From a virus: DNA of 64,000 nt. Every line of letters begins with the position of its first letter. Positions within the stretch are counted from its first letter, which is position 1. The stretch spans positions 6,625 to 70,624 of IMG/VR virus record IMGVR_UViG_2740892559_000001; one strand, written 5' to 3'. The notes beneath the pieces were generated by a model, which made no database searches, was not told the origin of the DNA, and worked only from the letters and a program-made list of their open reading frames with translations. The position numbers and the translations under genes were made by a program. This document shows, in pieces, positions 48,204 to 56,810 of the stretch.

Positions 48204-48710
48204 ATGATCACAATAGAATTCGACACACAGAGACTGCATGCCTACCTGAACGAAGTCGAAAATAGGCTCACAGATCGGACGCGGTTGTTCTCAGATTTTA
48301 TCGCACCGTTGGTTGCTGGTGAAATCGCTGAGGTCTTTGAAACCGAAGGGCGCGGTGAATGGCCGCCCTTGCACCCAGTTTATGCGGCAGAGAAAGAAAT
48401 CACGCATCCGGGGAAAACGATCTTGCGTCGCGACGACAACTATATTCAGGCTGCTACGAGTACCTTGCACCCTGGTAACATCGCCCGTTTCGGACCGAGC
48501 GAGATGATTTGGGGTATTGACGGCGGATACTTTGAAGCTGCCTACGGTGAGAACTACCCGGAACAACACGAACTCGGCACAGAAAGATTGCCCGCACGCC
48601 CCGTTTTTGAACTTATCACCGTCGGCGGACGGTTAGATGAGAATATCGAGCAGCTCACAGAGAAATGGGTGCGCGAGGAGATCGCTGAAGTGGAAGGGAG
48701 GCTCTTTTAA
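48204..48710 (+). CDS. Neck/virion morphogenesis protein (Mu gpG-like)
   Basis: FETEGRGEWPPL, KTILRR, QHELG...LPARPVF motifs. Confidence 0.8.
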   Translation: MITIEFDTQRLHAYLNEVENRLTDRTRLFSDFIAPLVAGEIAEVFETEGRGEWPPLHPVYAAEKEITHPGKTILRRDDNYIQAATSTLHPGNIARFGPSEMIWGIDGGYFEAAYGENYPEQHELGTERLPARPVFELITVGGRLDENIEQLTEKWVREEIAEVEGRLF

Positions 48711-48711
48711 A

Positions 48712-49524
48712 ATGAAAAGGATTTGGATTTTGATATTCGCCCTGTGCTTCGCGCTCATTGCATATCACGGATGTGAAATCCCCTACACCGGTCACTTGGG
48801 TCCTGAAGCGTTTAATGGCTGGATAGAATCCGAAGAAAACGGGTTTGTCTGTCTTTGGAACGGGTTTGATCGGATCTGTATCAAGACGATACCTGGCCGC
48901 GATGGCAAGGATGGCAAGGATGGCAGAGATGGACAAACATTGATCGCTGTTCACGAGATGCCTGTAGAAGTCATCGTTGAGAAAATTGTTGAAACGGTCG
49001 TTGTTGAGGAAATCGTCAAGGAAGTGCCCGTGGAAATTGTGGTCGAACGGGTTGTCACGGAGTATGTAGACCGTGAGGTCCCCATTGAAGTCTTTGTCGA
49101 AAGAACCGTTGAGATCATCAAAGAGGTCGTCAAGGAAGTGCCGGTCGAAGTGCCTGTTGAAGTCGTCAAGGAAATTGAGGTCCCTGTTGAGAAAATCGTC
49201 GAGGTAGAGGTTATCAAGGAAGTGCCGGTCGAAGTCGTCAAGGAAGTTGAGGTCCCTGTAGAGGTTATCAAAGAAGTGCCTGTTGAAAAAATTGTTGAAG
49301 TCGTCAGGACAGTCTATGTCACGGAAACGGACCCTATCTCTGTCACAGCAGGTGCAACCTACACGGAACCGGGCTACCACAATCCACCAGCAGGATTTCA
49401 CCGACACTCCTTCACGCACACACATGACGGTGCAACGCATACGCATCGGATTATCCATCCCAACGGCGAAAAAGACGATTGGGATCGGGAACATAACGGT
49501 TGGGCCGGATTAGCACACGATTAA
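48712..49524 (+). CDS. Exported protein with collagen-like GxD triplets, long VPV/charged repeat and His-rich tail
   Basis: Signal with YHGC; GRDGKDGKDGRDG; (K/E)EVPVE(V/K)I(V/K)E repeats; HRHSFTHTHDGATHTH. Confidence 0.75.
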   Translation: MKRIWILIFALCFALIAYHGCEIPYTGHLGPEAFNGWIESEENGFVCLWNGFDRICIKTIPGRDGKDGKDGRDGQTLIAVHEMPVEVIVEKIVETVVVEEIVKEVPVEIVVERVVTEYVDREVPIEVFVERTVEIIKEVVKEVPVEVPVEVVKEIEVPVEKIVEVEVIKEVPVEVVKEVEVPVEVIKEVPVEKIVEVVRTVYVTETDPISVTAGATYTEPGYHNPPAGFHRHSFTHTHDGATHTHRIIHPNGEKDDWDREHNGWAGLAHD

Positions 49525-49539
49525 ATTAAGGAAAGCATC

Positions 49540-49986
49540 ATGCCGAAAGTCAAGTACTGGGATGTCTGGCGATCCGTCAGAGATACCAAACAACAATTCA
49601 GTAACCGTCAAGTTCAGGACGCGCTCAAAGCATCCGGGCTCTCAAAACTGCAAGGGCTGCCCCTCGATAACACCTACTGGGGCGTATCGCTGGAGACGTG
49701 GCAACTGATTCTCGCCTATAACGGCACAGACAAGAAACGCTATGTCAAGGATACCTTCGATTGCGATAACTTCGCGATCCTTTTCGCGGGGAGCGTTGCG
49801 GATAAGTTTAGCATCAACGGTGCCGGGATCGTTATCGACTATTCGGGTGGACATGCTTACTCTGCGCTGCTTGTCGCGACAGAAAACGGACTCGCTTTCG
49901 CAACGATCGAACCGCAGAATGACCAATTCGTAATCAAAATGGACGGCATGTATGATGCAGAATTCGGGTTCATCATGCTGGCGTAA
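49540..49986 (+). CDS. Papain/transglutaminase-like cysteine peptidase (MOA agglutinin C-terminal type)
   Basis: DCDNFA, GHAYS and IEPQN give a Cys-His-Glu triad. Confidence 0.7.
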   Translation: MPKVKYWDVWRSVRDTKQQFSNRQVQDALKASGLSKLQGLPLDNTYWGVSLETWQLILAYNGTDKKRYVKDTFDCDNFAILFAGSVADKFSINGAGIVIDYSGGHAYSALLVATENGLAFATIEPQNDQFVIKMDGMYDAEFGFIMLA

Positions 49987-50012
49987 CAGTCAACTTCAAA
50001 AAAGGAAAAATC

Positions 50013-50354
50013 ATGAATGAAATGGAACACCAACTGGTCGACAAAACGCTTGAGAGTATCCACCAGCTTGAAATGAAAATCGTTGAGCTCAGCGGCGAAA
50101 TTAAGTCGTTGCGAGAACACAATGATGATCAACATAAAGCAATGTCCGAGAAGATCGAGCAAAGCATCAAGACAGATACCGATCGGCTGAACACGCATTC
50201 CAAAGAGATAGACGATCACCGCGAACGGCTGGCGACACTTGAAGAGTGGAAAAAGCAGTTTGAAGAGGCGATCCGAAACCGACTCATAACTTCGCAGAGC
50301 ATATCGTCCATCGCTGCCGTGGTCATCGCGTATTTGCTCAGTAAATTTCTCTAA
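50013..50354 (+). CDS. Coiled-coil protein with C-terminal TM (XhlA/holin-like)
   Basis: Heptad coil followed by a hydrophobic C-terminus. Confidence 0.55.
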   Translation: MNEMEHQLVDKTLESIHQLEMKIVELSGEIKSLREHNDDQHKAMSEKIEQSIKTDTDRLNTHSKEIDDHRERLATLEEWKKQFEEAIRNRLITSQSISSIAAVVIAYLLSKFL

Positions 50355-50365
50355 AGGGGATTCTC

Positions 50366-50560
50366 ATGGATGCCAAACTCAAAAAGATTCAGATAACGCC
50401 TGTCAAATTTGATAAAGAAGGCGACATCAAAGACCCGGAATTCGCCACGTTGACCCTTGAAGTGCCGATGGATTCCACCGGTCAGCGTGCCGCAATTATA
50501 GAGCTGTGTGAGCTGCTCGACCAAGAATGGGTCACGCTTGAAATTGGAGGTAAGACCTAA
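50366..50560 (+). CDS. Small hypothetical protein
   Basis: 64 aa, in operon. Confidence 0.55.
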   Translation: MDAKLKKIQITPVKFDKEGDIKDPEFATLTLEVPMDSTGQRAAIIELCELLDQEWVTLEIGGKT

Positions 50561-50562
50561 AA

Positions 50563-50823
50563 ATGGAAGGTTTGAAAGCGTGTATGCGCTATGTCTTCAT
50601 TTTGTCTGCCATGATTATCGTCGGCATATTTGCAACGGACTGGTGGTTCACTAGGGACGGCAATCTGCTCAATGATACGCTCGTCGGCATCATGATGGGC
50701 GCGCCTCTGGGGTGGTTTGGGGCGTTTGTGACGTTCTACACCACCGAGAAAGTGACGCAGATACTCAACAAGAAAGAGGAGGTAGCAAATGGAGGTGATC
50801 CACCGCCGAGCGCAGATCATTAA
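50563..50823 (+). CDS. Two-TM holin-like protein
   Basis: Two TM helices and a charged C-terminus. Confidence 0.55.
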   Translation: MEGLKACMRYVFILSAMIIVGIFATDWWFTRDGNLLNDTLVGIMMGAPLGWFGAFVTFYTTEKVTQILNKKEEVANGGDPPPSADH

Positions 50824-51274
50824 CGCCCTTGAGGGACTCTTTGAGACGCTCAAGACACCTGTAGACGAATCCGGGTTTCCGATACAGGTGAAGACCGTCC
50901 AGAAACGGTTTGTCCACTGGACGGCATTAGACCAACAAGACGCGTTGCCGGCGATCCTGTTGACGTATGGCGACAACGGGAGCGCACCGGACTCACCTGT
51001 TGTCGGTTACATCGACGAAAACTTTCCGATCGCGGTCACTGCGGTCATGAAAGAGGAACCGCATCTGAAAGACCTGACCGATCAAGCGTCCGATATGCAC
51101 TATTCGATCGGTCGGCTTATTAACAGTAACCCAACGCTGGGTGTCGAGGGTGTCAACCCCGAAAAGACACGCATTGTGGGGTGGAGAGGTAGTGAAGGTA
51201 CTATCTCCAAATTTGAGATAATCCGTTTCAGACTCGTTGTGGTGCATCGGTATCACGCGACAGAAAATGTGTAA
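50789..51274 (+). CDS. Tail terminator/completion protein
   Basis: RRAQIINAL..., LPAILLTYG pattern; 161 aa. Confidence 0.7.
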   Translation: MEVIHRRAQIINALEGLFETLKTPVDESGFPIQVKTVQKRFVHWTALDQQDALPAILLTYGDNGSAPDSPVVGYIDENFPIAVTAVMKEEPHLKDLTDQASDMHYSIGRLINSNPTLGVEGVNPEKTRIVGWRGSEGTISKFEIIRFRLVVVHRYHATENV

Positions 51275-51368
51275 CAGTTACCAGTAGCCAGTACCCAGTG
51301 GCCAGTTAAAGAGGTTTTTTAATTGGAAACTGGAAACTGGAAACTTCAAAAAAAAGGAGTTAAGACTT

Positions 51369-52175
51369 ATGTATTTCCAGAAGACACGACTTTGGTTTTG
51401 GGCAGCGACGATCGTTGCGCTTGTTCTGCTCATCGGTGCGCTTGCACATGCCCAATTGCCAAGCAACCCAGACGAAACTTCCGTCTCTATTGCGATCAAC
51501 AAAATTGTCGACACAACCGGTTGGGGCGGCTCGTTCGCCGTGCCATACAAACTTAACGATAATGTTTCTGGCTATTTCGCTACCGCGGCACAAGGCGGCG
51601 ATCTGATACGCGGCCGCTATCACGCCGAAGTGTCGTACGCTTTCGGTGCGCTCGATGTAACACTCTATACCGATGGCACTTATAAGGGACCGGATGTCGC
51701 GAATCTCGGACGACAGGCAGATTTAGGCGTAACCATCGGAACGAACCGTCCGGGTGGCGATGTTGAAATCGGTATTTTTGGCAGGAACGGCGGCGCATTT
51801 GCGAAACCCAACGCCTTTGATGACCTATCGGCGAAAGGGTATGACGAAGCCGTCCTGGAAACGATTGACGGACTCACCACCTTAAATCCTGCACCGACGG
51901 GGCTGAGTTTTGGCGATCGGAACTCTGTGAACCTGTTGGTCTCGCTGCAGAAAAACGTTGGTGATATTGGCGCGTCTTTGAAACTGATGCCAGAACTTGT
52001 CGGCAGCACGGACGATGCGGTTGACCAAGCCATTTTGAACCTGCACACCGATTACCGGCTTTCAGAGAAGGTGTCGTTGGGTGTAGGTGTGGATATTGGC
52101 TGCCAGCGGTTTCGTGGGTCTGGTGATATTGAGCAAGAAGTCGCCGGGCTGCTAACGCTAAATCTCGCATTTTAG
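51369..52175 (+). CDS. Putative outer-membrane beta-barrel protein (moron)
   Basis: Signal peptide, amphipathic strands, terminal Phe (LTLNLAF). Confidence 0.6.
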   Translation: MYFQKTRLWFWAATIVALVLLIGALAHAQLPSNPDETSVSIAINKIVDTTGWGGSFAVPYKLNDNVSGYFATAAQGGDLIRGRYHAEVSYAFGALDVTLYTDGTYKGPDVANLGRQADLGVTIGTNRPGGDVEIGIFGRNGGAFAKPNAFDDLSAKGYDEAVLETIDGLTTLNPAPTGLSFGDRNSVNLLVSLQKNVGDIGASLKLMPELVGSTDDAVDQAILNLHTDYRLSEKVSLGVGVDIGCQRFRGSGDIEQEVAGLLTLNLAF

Positions 52176-52244
52176 GAGGAGTCACCAGTTACCAGTAACC
52201 AGTGGCCAGTTAAAAGAGGGTTTCGGTATATCCGTAGTCTTTCT

Positions 52245-52279
<35 letters not shown>

Positions 52280-52286
52280 TAAACGC

Positions 52287-52487
52287 ATGGATAAGCAAGG
52301 ACATTTGATAAAGACTCCCCAAGAGCTCCTCATTGAACCTGCTCCCCGCAAGGTGACGATCAGAGAATATCCAAGCCCCGATTATCAACGCCGATGGCAG
52401 ATTGAGAAAGAGCAGCGCGAGCAGGCACAGAACTCTATCAAACCGAAACCGAGACGGAAGCGTGGTCGGAAGTTTAGATCGCGATAA
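52287..52487 (+). CDS. Small basic hypothetical protein
   Basis: 66 aa flanked by heptamer repeats. Confidence 0.4.
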   Translation: MDKQGHLIKTPQELLIEPAPRKVTIREYPSPDYQRRWQIEKEQREQAQNSIKPKPRRKRGRKFRSR

Positions 52488-52606
52488 AAGACTTATGGGT
52501 TATCAGTCACCAGTGGCCAGTTACGAGTTACCAGTTAACTCTCACTGCGAGGCACTCTTTTCTGGTAACTGGAAACTGGTAACTGGAAACTCTAAAAGGG
52601 AATATC

Positions 52607-53227
52607 ATGATTAAGAAACTGCTTTACATCATCACTGTTTTGACGATACTCACGGGTGCGTCATTGCTTTTTAATACGCATACCGCGGATACATCTGGGG
52701 ACGATGACCCCTCGCTGATGGATGAGACACCGCCCGAAGGCATGTTTGATAACGAAGAACAACCGGTTTATATCTTCGCGCACTTGGCATATAAACACGA
52801 TGTGAGAGCGGTCGATACATACTTTCTTGAGATACAAGACCACCCCGGTGAGGGGATTGATGAGATTGTGGGGGGTTTCGTCGCGACGAACTTCCACGCG
52901 TATGTGAAGTTGCGTGACGTATCCGTTCCAACGAGCTGCGACACAACCGAGGCACACAGCAGACCGCATATCGAAATAGACCGCGAACGGGAAAGATGGG
53001 CAAAAGGCATGGACTTTGTGCAACGGTTGCTGATGCTAAACCAGTCGTTGCGGCTATCGAACATAACGGTCGAAGGCGAAATACTTGTCTGCGATGTCCA
53101 GTTTTTTCTCGGTGGGGCGTTCCATGATCTGACGACAACCCTCTCACGAGACGGTTTCGCGAGACCCACCATCGATGGCTATGCATGGAACTGGGGCGCA
53201 GAGCAATTGGAACCGCACGAACAGTAA
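52607..53227 (+). CDS. Membrane-anchored SNase/thermonuclease-fold protein, degenerate active site
   Basis: VRAVDTY (cf. VIDGDT), VKLRDVSVP (cf. VRLIGIDTP), LSRDGFAR (cf. LVRNGLAR). Confidence 0.5.
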   Translation: MIKKLLYIITVLTILTGASLLFNTHTADTSGDDDPSLMDETPPEGMFDNEEQPVYIFAHLAYKHDVRAVDTYFLEIQDHPGEGIDEIVGGFVATNFHAYVKLRDVSVPTSCDTTEAHSRPHIEIDRERERWAKGMDFVQRLLMLNQSLRLSNITVEGEILVCDVQFFLGGAFHDLTTTLSRDGFARPTIDGYAWNWGAEQLEPHEQ

Positions 53228-53281
53228 CCAGTTACCAGTCACCAGTCACCAGTAACAAGAGTCCTCTTAACTGGCCACTGG

Positions 53282-53470
53282 TTACTGGTCACTGTTAACT
53301 TCTTTACCTTCTTTTTCATCTTCTTCTTCAAGATACAGCTCTTTGAGTGCTTGAACATCTTCTGCGTCGAGTGGAATGCCGCCAGACTCGACAACTTTGC
53401 CGGTTCCAAGATGTTGCCAACCTGCAGGTGTGAACATGTAGATGTTTCGATCTTCTTTTTCTTTTTTCAT
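53282..53470 (-). CDS. Small acidic hypothetical protein
   Basis: 62 aa, last gene of the minus-strand cluster. Confidence 0.45.
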   Translation of the reverse strand: MKKEKEDRNIYMFTPAGWQHLGTGKVVESGGIPLDAEDVQALKELYLEEEDEKEGKEVNSDQ

Positions 53471-53493
53471 ACAAATTACCCCATGTAGTCTCT

Positions 53494-54057
53494 CTAATAC
53501 TCCTCAGCAAACATAACAACGAGAACACGGTAAGCGTTGAGGGGGTCCGCCGCGCGCGCCTTCATAGACGCGTCCTCGTAGTAATTAATTTGCCAATAGA
53601 TTTTCGGGATACCGTCAAGTTCGATACACCCAAAATCATGCTCACCGTAGGGATCGTTGTCCTGGGTGAAGTTATCGAAAGCGATAATCTTGTCAAAAAG
53701 CACCGCCTTCGTCTCCGCCGCAAGGTTCTCGACGGTCGAAGTCATGAACGCCCTGCCATCGGGTCGCGGCACCATGAAGACGGCTTTTCGGAAAAGGTCA
53801 TTTCTCAGTTGAATGCTTTTAGCCAGCGCGTCCGGATTATCAACTCGGTCATAGCGGATTTCATAGACAGCGAGTCTCGACACCAGATTAACTACCTCTG
53901 TGAAGTCGAGCGTGTCAACGTTTTGTATCCCGCGCGCCTTAAGCTTAGCCCTGAGCTCTTCAAGGCTATATTGCTCGGCTTCAAGTTTATATTTCTCGAC
54001 AGCAGATGCTGGCTGCTGTTCTGTTTTCGATAAGAAGTTCAAACCATTTTTTGACAT
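53494..54057 (-). CDS. DUF3768-family protein with N-terminal extension
   Basis: FDNFTQDNDPYGEHDFG...YWQINYY...RVLVVMFAEEY. Confidence 0.8.
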   Translation of the reverse strand: MSKNGLNFLSKTEQQPASAVEKYKLEAEQYSLEELRAKLKARGIQNVDTLDFTEVVNLVSRLAVYEIRYDRVDNPDALAKSIQLRNDLFRKAVFMVPRPDGRAFMTSTVENLAAETKAVLFDKIIAFDNFTQDNDPYGEHDFGCIELDGIPKIYWQINYYEDASMKARAADPLNAYRVLVVMFAEEY

Positions 54058-54069
54058 TTGTAAATCCTC

Positions 54070-54444
54070 CTAATCCCATCCGAACCGCTTGCGCCAGTTA
54101 AATATCGTTTTTTCGGAAGCATTGACGACTTTGGCAGTGTGTTTGGATGCGTCTCCCTTCCGCATCCCAGCAGCACGGGCATCGTGGTACGTGGATTTCG
54201 CAAGTGCGATCAGGTCGCTACTGTCACGTTCAAGGTCGCGGGTGGCTTTTCTGCGGAGGCTTCTGTCGCCGGTGAAGCTGAACGCATCGAGAGCCTTGTC
54301 CCATTCGCCTTTCGCTTGCCATTGGTGGACGGTATTCTCGCGGACACCGACCGCATCGGCAATCTCCTTAACAGTTTTATCCGGTTCGTTTATGAAGAGA
54401 TAGGCAACCGCGCCCATCTTGTAATAGTTAAAATTCTTGGGCAT
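54070..54444 (-). CDS. Tandem HTH DNA-binding protein
   Basis: VKEIADAVGVRENTVHQWQAKGEWD and TAKVVNASEKTIFNWRKRFGWD. Confidence 0.75.
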   Translation of the reverse strand: MPKNFNYYKMGAVAYLFINEPDKTVKEIADAVGVRENTVHQWQAKGEWDKALDAFSFTGDRSLRRKATRDLERDSSDLIALAKSTYHDARAAGMRKGDASKHTAKVVNASEKTIFNWRKRFGWD

Positions 54445-54479
54445 CTGTCCTCCATTATTTTACCATATCCGCCATAAAT

Positions 54480-54773
54480 CTAAAATTCACAGTTGTTCCA
54501 AGCCTCGCGCAAGTTCTCAACTGTCAACTGTTCTTTGAACGCTGCGACGGCTTCCGCTCTCGGCATATCGCTATATTTCGCACCGAACGCAATGAAATCG
54601 GCAATCCGTGCCAACATCGCTTGTTCTGCATCGTCCGCGGGTTGTGCCAGCACTAACACCCGTAACGCTTTCTGGCACTGTGCTTCGGTAAGGTGTCGAA
54701 ACAAGGATTTCAGTTGCCGAAAAGCATCGTCATCGAGTCGGTTATCCTCAACCTCAACTACAACTTTTTTCAT
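54480..54773 (-). CDS. Hypothetical protein
   Basis: Helical protein; GGAGG RBS before MKKVVV. Confidence 0.55.
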   Translation of the reverse strand: MKKVVVEVEDNRLDDDAFRQLKSLFRHLTEAQCQKALRVLVLAQPADDAEQAMLARIADFIAFGAKYSDMPRAEAVAAFKEQLTVENLREAWNNCEF

Positions 54774-54777
54774 CTGT

Positions 54778-54990
54778 TTATCCTCCAATAAAGGTAGCGT
54801 TATTTTTCTCCCGGACTTCGATGGCTATGAGTTTTGCCAGCAATTCTCTGGCTTCATCATAACCGAGCCGGTGCGCGTTGTTAACGCCACGTCGCTGGAG
54901 CAGGTAGATAACCTTTCGGTGGTTTTCGACCTCTATTGGACGCGGCGGTGTCGGTTTGGGTTTCGTGAAATAGAAATTGAGAGACTTCAT
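54778..54990 (-). CDS. Hypothetical protein
   Basis: Start MKSLNF with GAGG RBS. Confidence 0.5.
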   Translation of the reverse strand: MKSLNFYFTKPKPTPPRPIEVENHRKVIYLLQRRGVNNAHRLGYDEARELLAKLIAIEVREKNNATFIGG

Positions 54991-54991
54991 T

Positions 54992-55348
54992 TCAATATTC
55001 CTCTGAAAGCATGATAACGAGGACGCGGTAGGCGTTAAGTTTATCCTCTGCCCCGAATTCCATATCGGCATCCTCATAGTAGTCTATCTTCCAAAAGACC
55101 TTATGCGTTTCATCTTCATCCGTCATCAGATTAGAAACCGAGACGGTGACACTCCCAAAATCGTGATCCCCGTAGGGATCGTTGTCTTCGGTAAAGTTAT
55201 CGAACTCGGCGATCTCCTTGTAAATCCAAGCACACACCGCGCTGCCGAGACTCGCCACGCCGGGGGTCATGACGGCTTTGCCGTCGGGGTGGGGCGCGAA
55301 CATGACAACTTTTCGGAAGGCATCATTTTTCGCTTGAATAGTGTCCAT
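54992..55348 (-). CDS. DUF3768-family protein (second paralog)
   Basis: FDNFTEDNDPYGDHDFG...FWKIDYY...RVLVIMLSEEY. Confidence 0.8.
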   Translation of the reverse strand: MDTIQAKNDAFRKVVMFAPHPDGKAVMTPGVASLGSAVCAWIYKEIAEFDNFTEDNDPYGDHDFGSVTVSVSNLMTDEDETHKVFWKIDYYEDADMEFGAEDKLNAYRVLVIMLSEEY

Positions 55349-55407
55349 CAGTATATTTCCTTTTGTTTGCGACAAGGCGAGGGTTTGAGACCTCGCCCTG
55401 CTGGTTT

Positions 55408-55722
55408 TTAGTCGTTGATAAGCAATTCGGAAAGTTCATTGTCGTAGCAGTGAACGATCCAATTGCCGGACTCGTCTTTGGTGATCTGTAGCGATCGCTT
55501 ATCAATCTGAATCCGATCCCTACGCCACAACTTCCACATCGCTTGCGTCGGAAACTTGCATTCAGCAATGATACCGCGTCCGTCGCGATGGAACGCTGTC
55601 CAGTTTGTCATCCCCAACTCCTGTCGAATAAACGCTGCATCCTGAGCGGCAACCGCAGCGGCAATCGCTTCCTTGTTCGCCTCGTATTCGGCGCGTGTGG
55701 TTTTCTTCTGAAGATCAATCAT
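55408..55722 (-). CDS. Hypothetical protein
   Basis: 104 aa. Confidence 0.55.
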   Translation of the reverse strand: MIDLQKKTTRAEYEANKEAIAAAVAAQDAAFIRQELGMTNWTAFHRDGRGIIAECKFPTQAMWKLWRRDRIQIDKRSLQITKDESGNWIVHCYDNELSELLIND

Positions 55723-55760
55723 TTATAGAATTCCACCTGTAGGTCGCCCTGATGGGGCGG

Positions 55761-55796
55761 GGCAGGGAAACCCCGAAGGCCTCCCTGCCTTTTTTT
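55761..55796 (+). terminator. Rho-independent terminator on the + strand
   Basis: GGCAGGGA...TCCCTGCC followed by a T7 tract. Confidence 0.7.
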
Positions 55797-55986
55797 ATTT
55801 TTGCATGAGCACTGCTCTGACGCGCAGGCAGTGTTGACATTGACATCTCCGATGGTACCGATGTTGCGGTGTCGGAGACCTGGAGCATTCACCGCAGGCA
55901 ATAATTTCGCCATTCTTGAACCGGGCATCCGCGTCGGTTTCTGGCACGAGGCGGCTGCATCGGGTGCAGATGGGTTGCTGCTTCAT
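55795..55986 (-). CDS. 63-aa Cys-rich (zinc-finger-like) protein
   Basis: MKQQPICTRC...CGEC...CQCQHC; ATGA overlap with the 55983..56294 stop. Confidence 0.55.
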   Translation of the reverse strand: MKQQPICTRCSRLVPETDADARFKNGEIIACGECSRSPTPQHRYHRRCQCQHCLRVRAVLMQK

Positions 55987-56294
55987 CGTTGACCTCCTGG
56001 GAACCATTCTTTTGTGTAGGGGACAGTATTCCGAGCGCAACCGCCCCAGGGCCGGATAAGACCGCATCGCTGGCACCGTTGCCACATCAGCCGTTGATGG
56101 CGTTTGATGTCGGTATCGGTTTTGGGGATGCCGGTGAAGTCGGGGGCACCGCAACTTGAGGTTGCAGTGCCGTTTGGTGAAATGTGGACCCATCGCTTTT
56201 TCACAGAATCCCATTGCGGGGATGCGATCCAAGCGGATTTGAGATACGCCCGCGCCAGTTCAGTGAGCCCGGCAAGAGACATCAGCTTTTTCAT
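55983..56294 (-). CDS. Hypothetical Cys/His protein
   Basis: 103 aa, CQRC; ATGA coupling to the upstream gene. Confidence 0.55.
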   Translation of the reverse strand: MKKLMSLAGLTELARAYLKSAWIASPQWDSVKKRWVHISPNGTATSSCGAPDFTGIPKTDTDIKRHQRLMWQRCQRCGLIRPWGGCARNTVPYTKEWFPGGQR

Positions 56295-56659
56295 GCTGTA
56301 CCTCCTTTGAGGGCAAACTGGAGTTGCGAGCCGTAGCCCTGCCGAAACGCGATCTTGCGATCACGATAATAGCCGCGCAGGGTTTCCAAGAGCGCATCTC
56401 TGGAAAAGGAAGCGCATTCTTGACGGACGGTGACGAAGATTTCATCAAAGATAAAATAGCCGTTGCCACCAGGGTAGTATTCGGTCAATTTATGGAGAGC
56501 TGCCAGAACGGGGCAGACCGGAACCGGGGGCTCCGATGGCGGCGGTTCAGGAAGGCGTTCAACCCGCGTGCGGATATGGCGAGTTGGGAAGCCTTTGGGT
56601 TGGATCGCAATTGCACGCGTGCCGTTTTTGCCGTGCAATGTTACAGTAATCATAATCAT
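56291..56659 (-). CDS. Hypothetical protein, first gene of the minus-strand early-like operon
   Basis: 122 aa, GAGG RBS, Pro linker, C-terminal wHTH-like segment. Confidence 0.6.
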   Translation of the reverse strand: MIMITVTLHGKNGTRAIAIQPKGFPTRHIRTRVERLPEPPPSEPPVPVCPVLAALHKLTEYYPGGNGYFIFDEIFVTVRQECASFSRDALLETLRGYYRDRKIAFRQGYGSQLQFALKGGTA

Positions 56660-56671
56660 ACCTCATAAAGT

Positions 56672-56772
56672 TTGACTTTCGCCGCTGCATGAGATATAAT
56701 TAAAGCAAGCGGCGCAAGCCGTGGTTTTTCCGCGGCGGGGGACTCATTTAGCGGTGAACCCCTGCCGTTTTT
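56672..56772 (+). ncRNA. Candidate antisense sRNA (about 56707-56772) with its own promoter
   Basis: TTGACT-17 bp-TATAAT (56672-56700); CGGC-GCAA-GCCG GNRA hairpin; 9-bp terminator stem with a G.U pair followed by TTTTT. Confidence 0.65.
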
Positions 56773-56781
56773 CTTATATAT

Positions 56782-56810
56782 ATTATACCACAAAAACCAA
56801 TAAAAGTCAA
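56782..56810 (-). promoter_or_regulatory. Sigma70 promoter of the 56659-53282 operon
   Basis: TTGACT-17 bp-TATAAT with TG extension. Confidence 0.8.
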
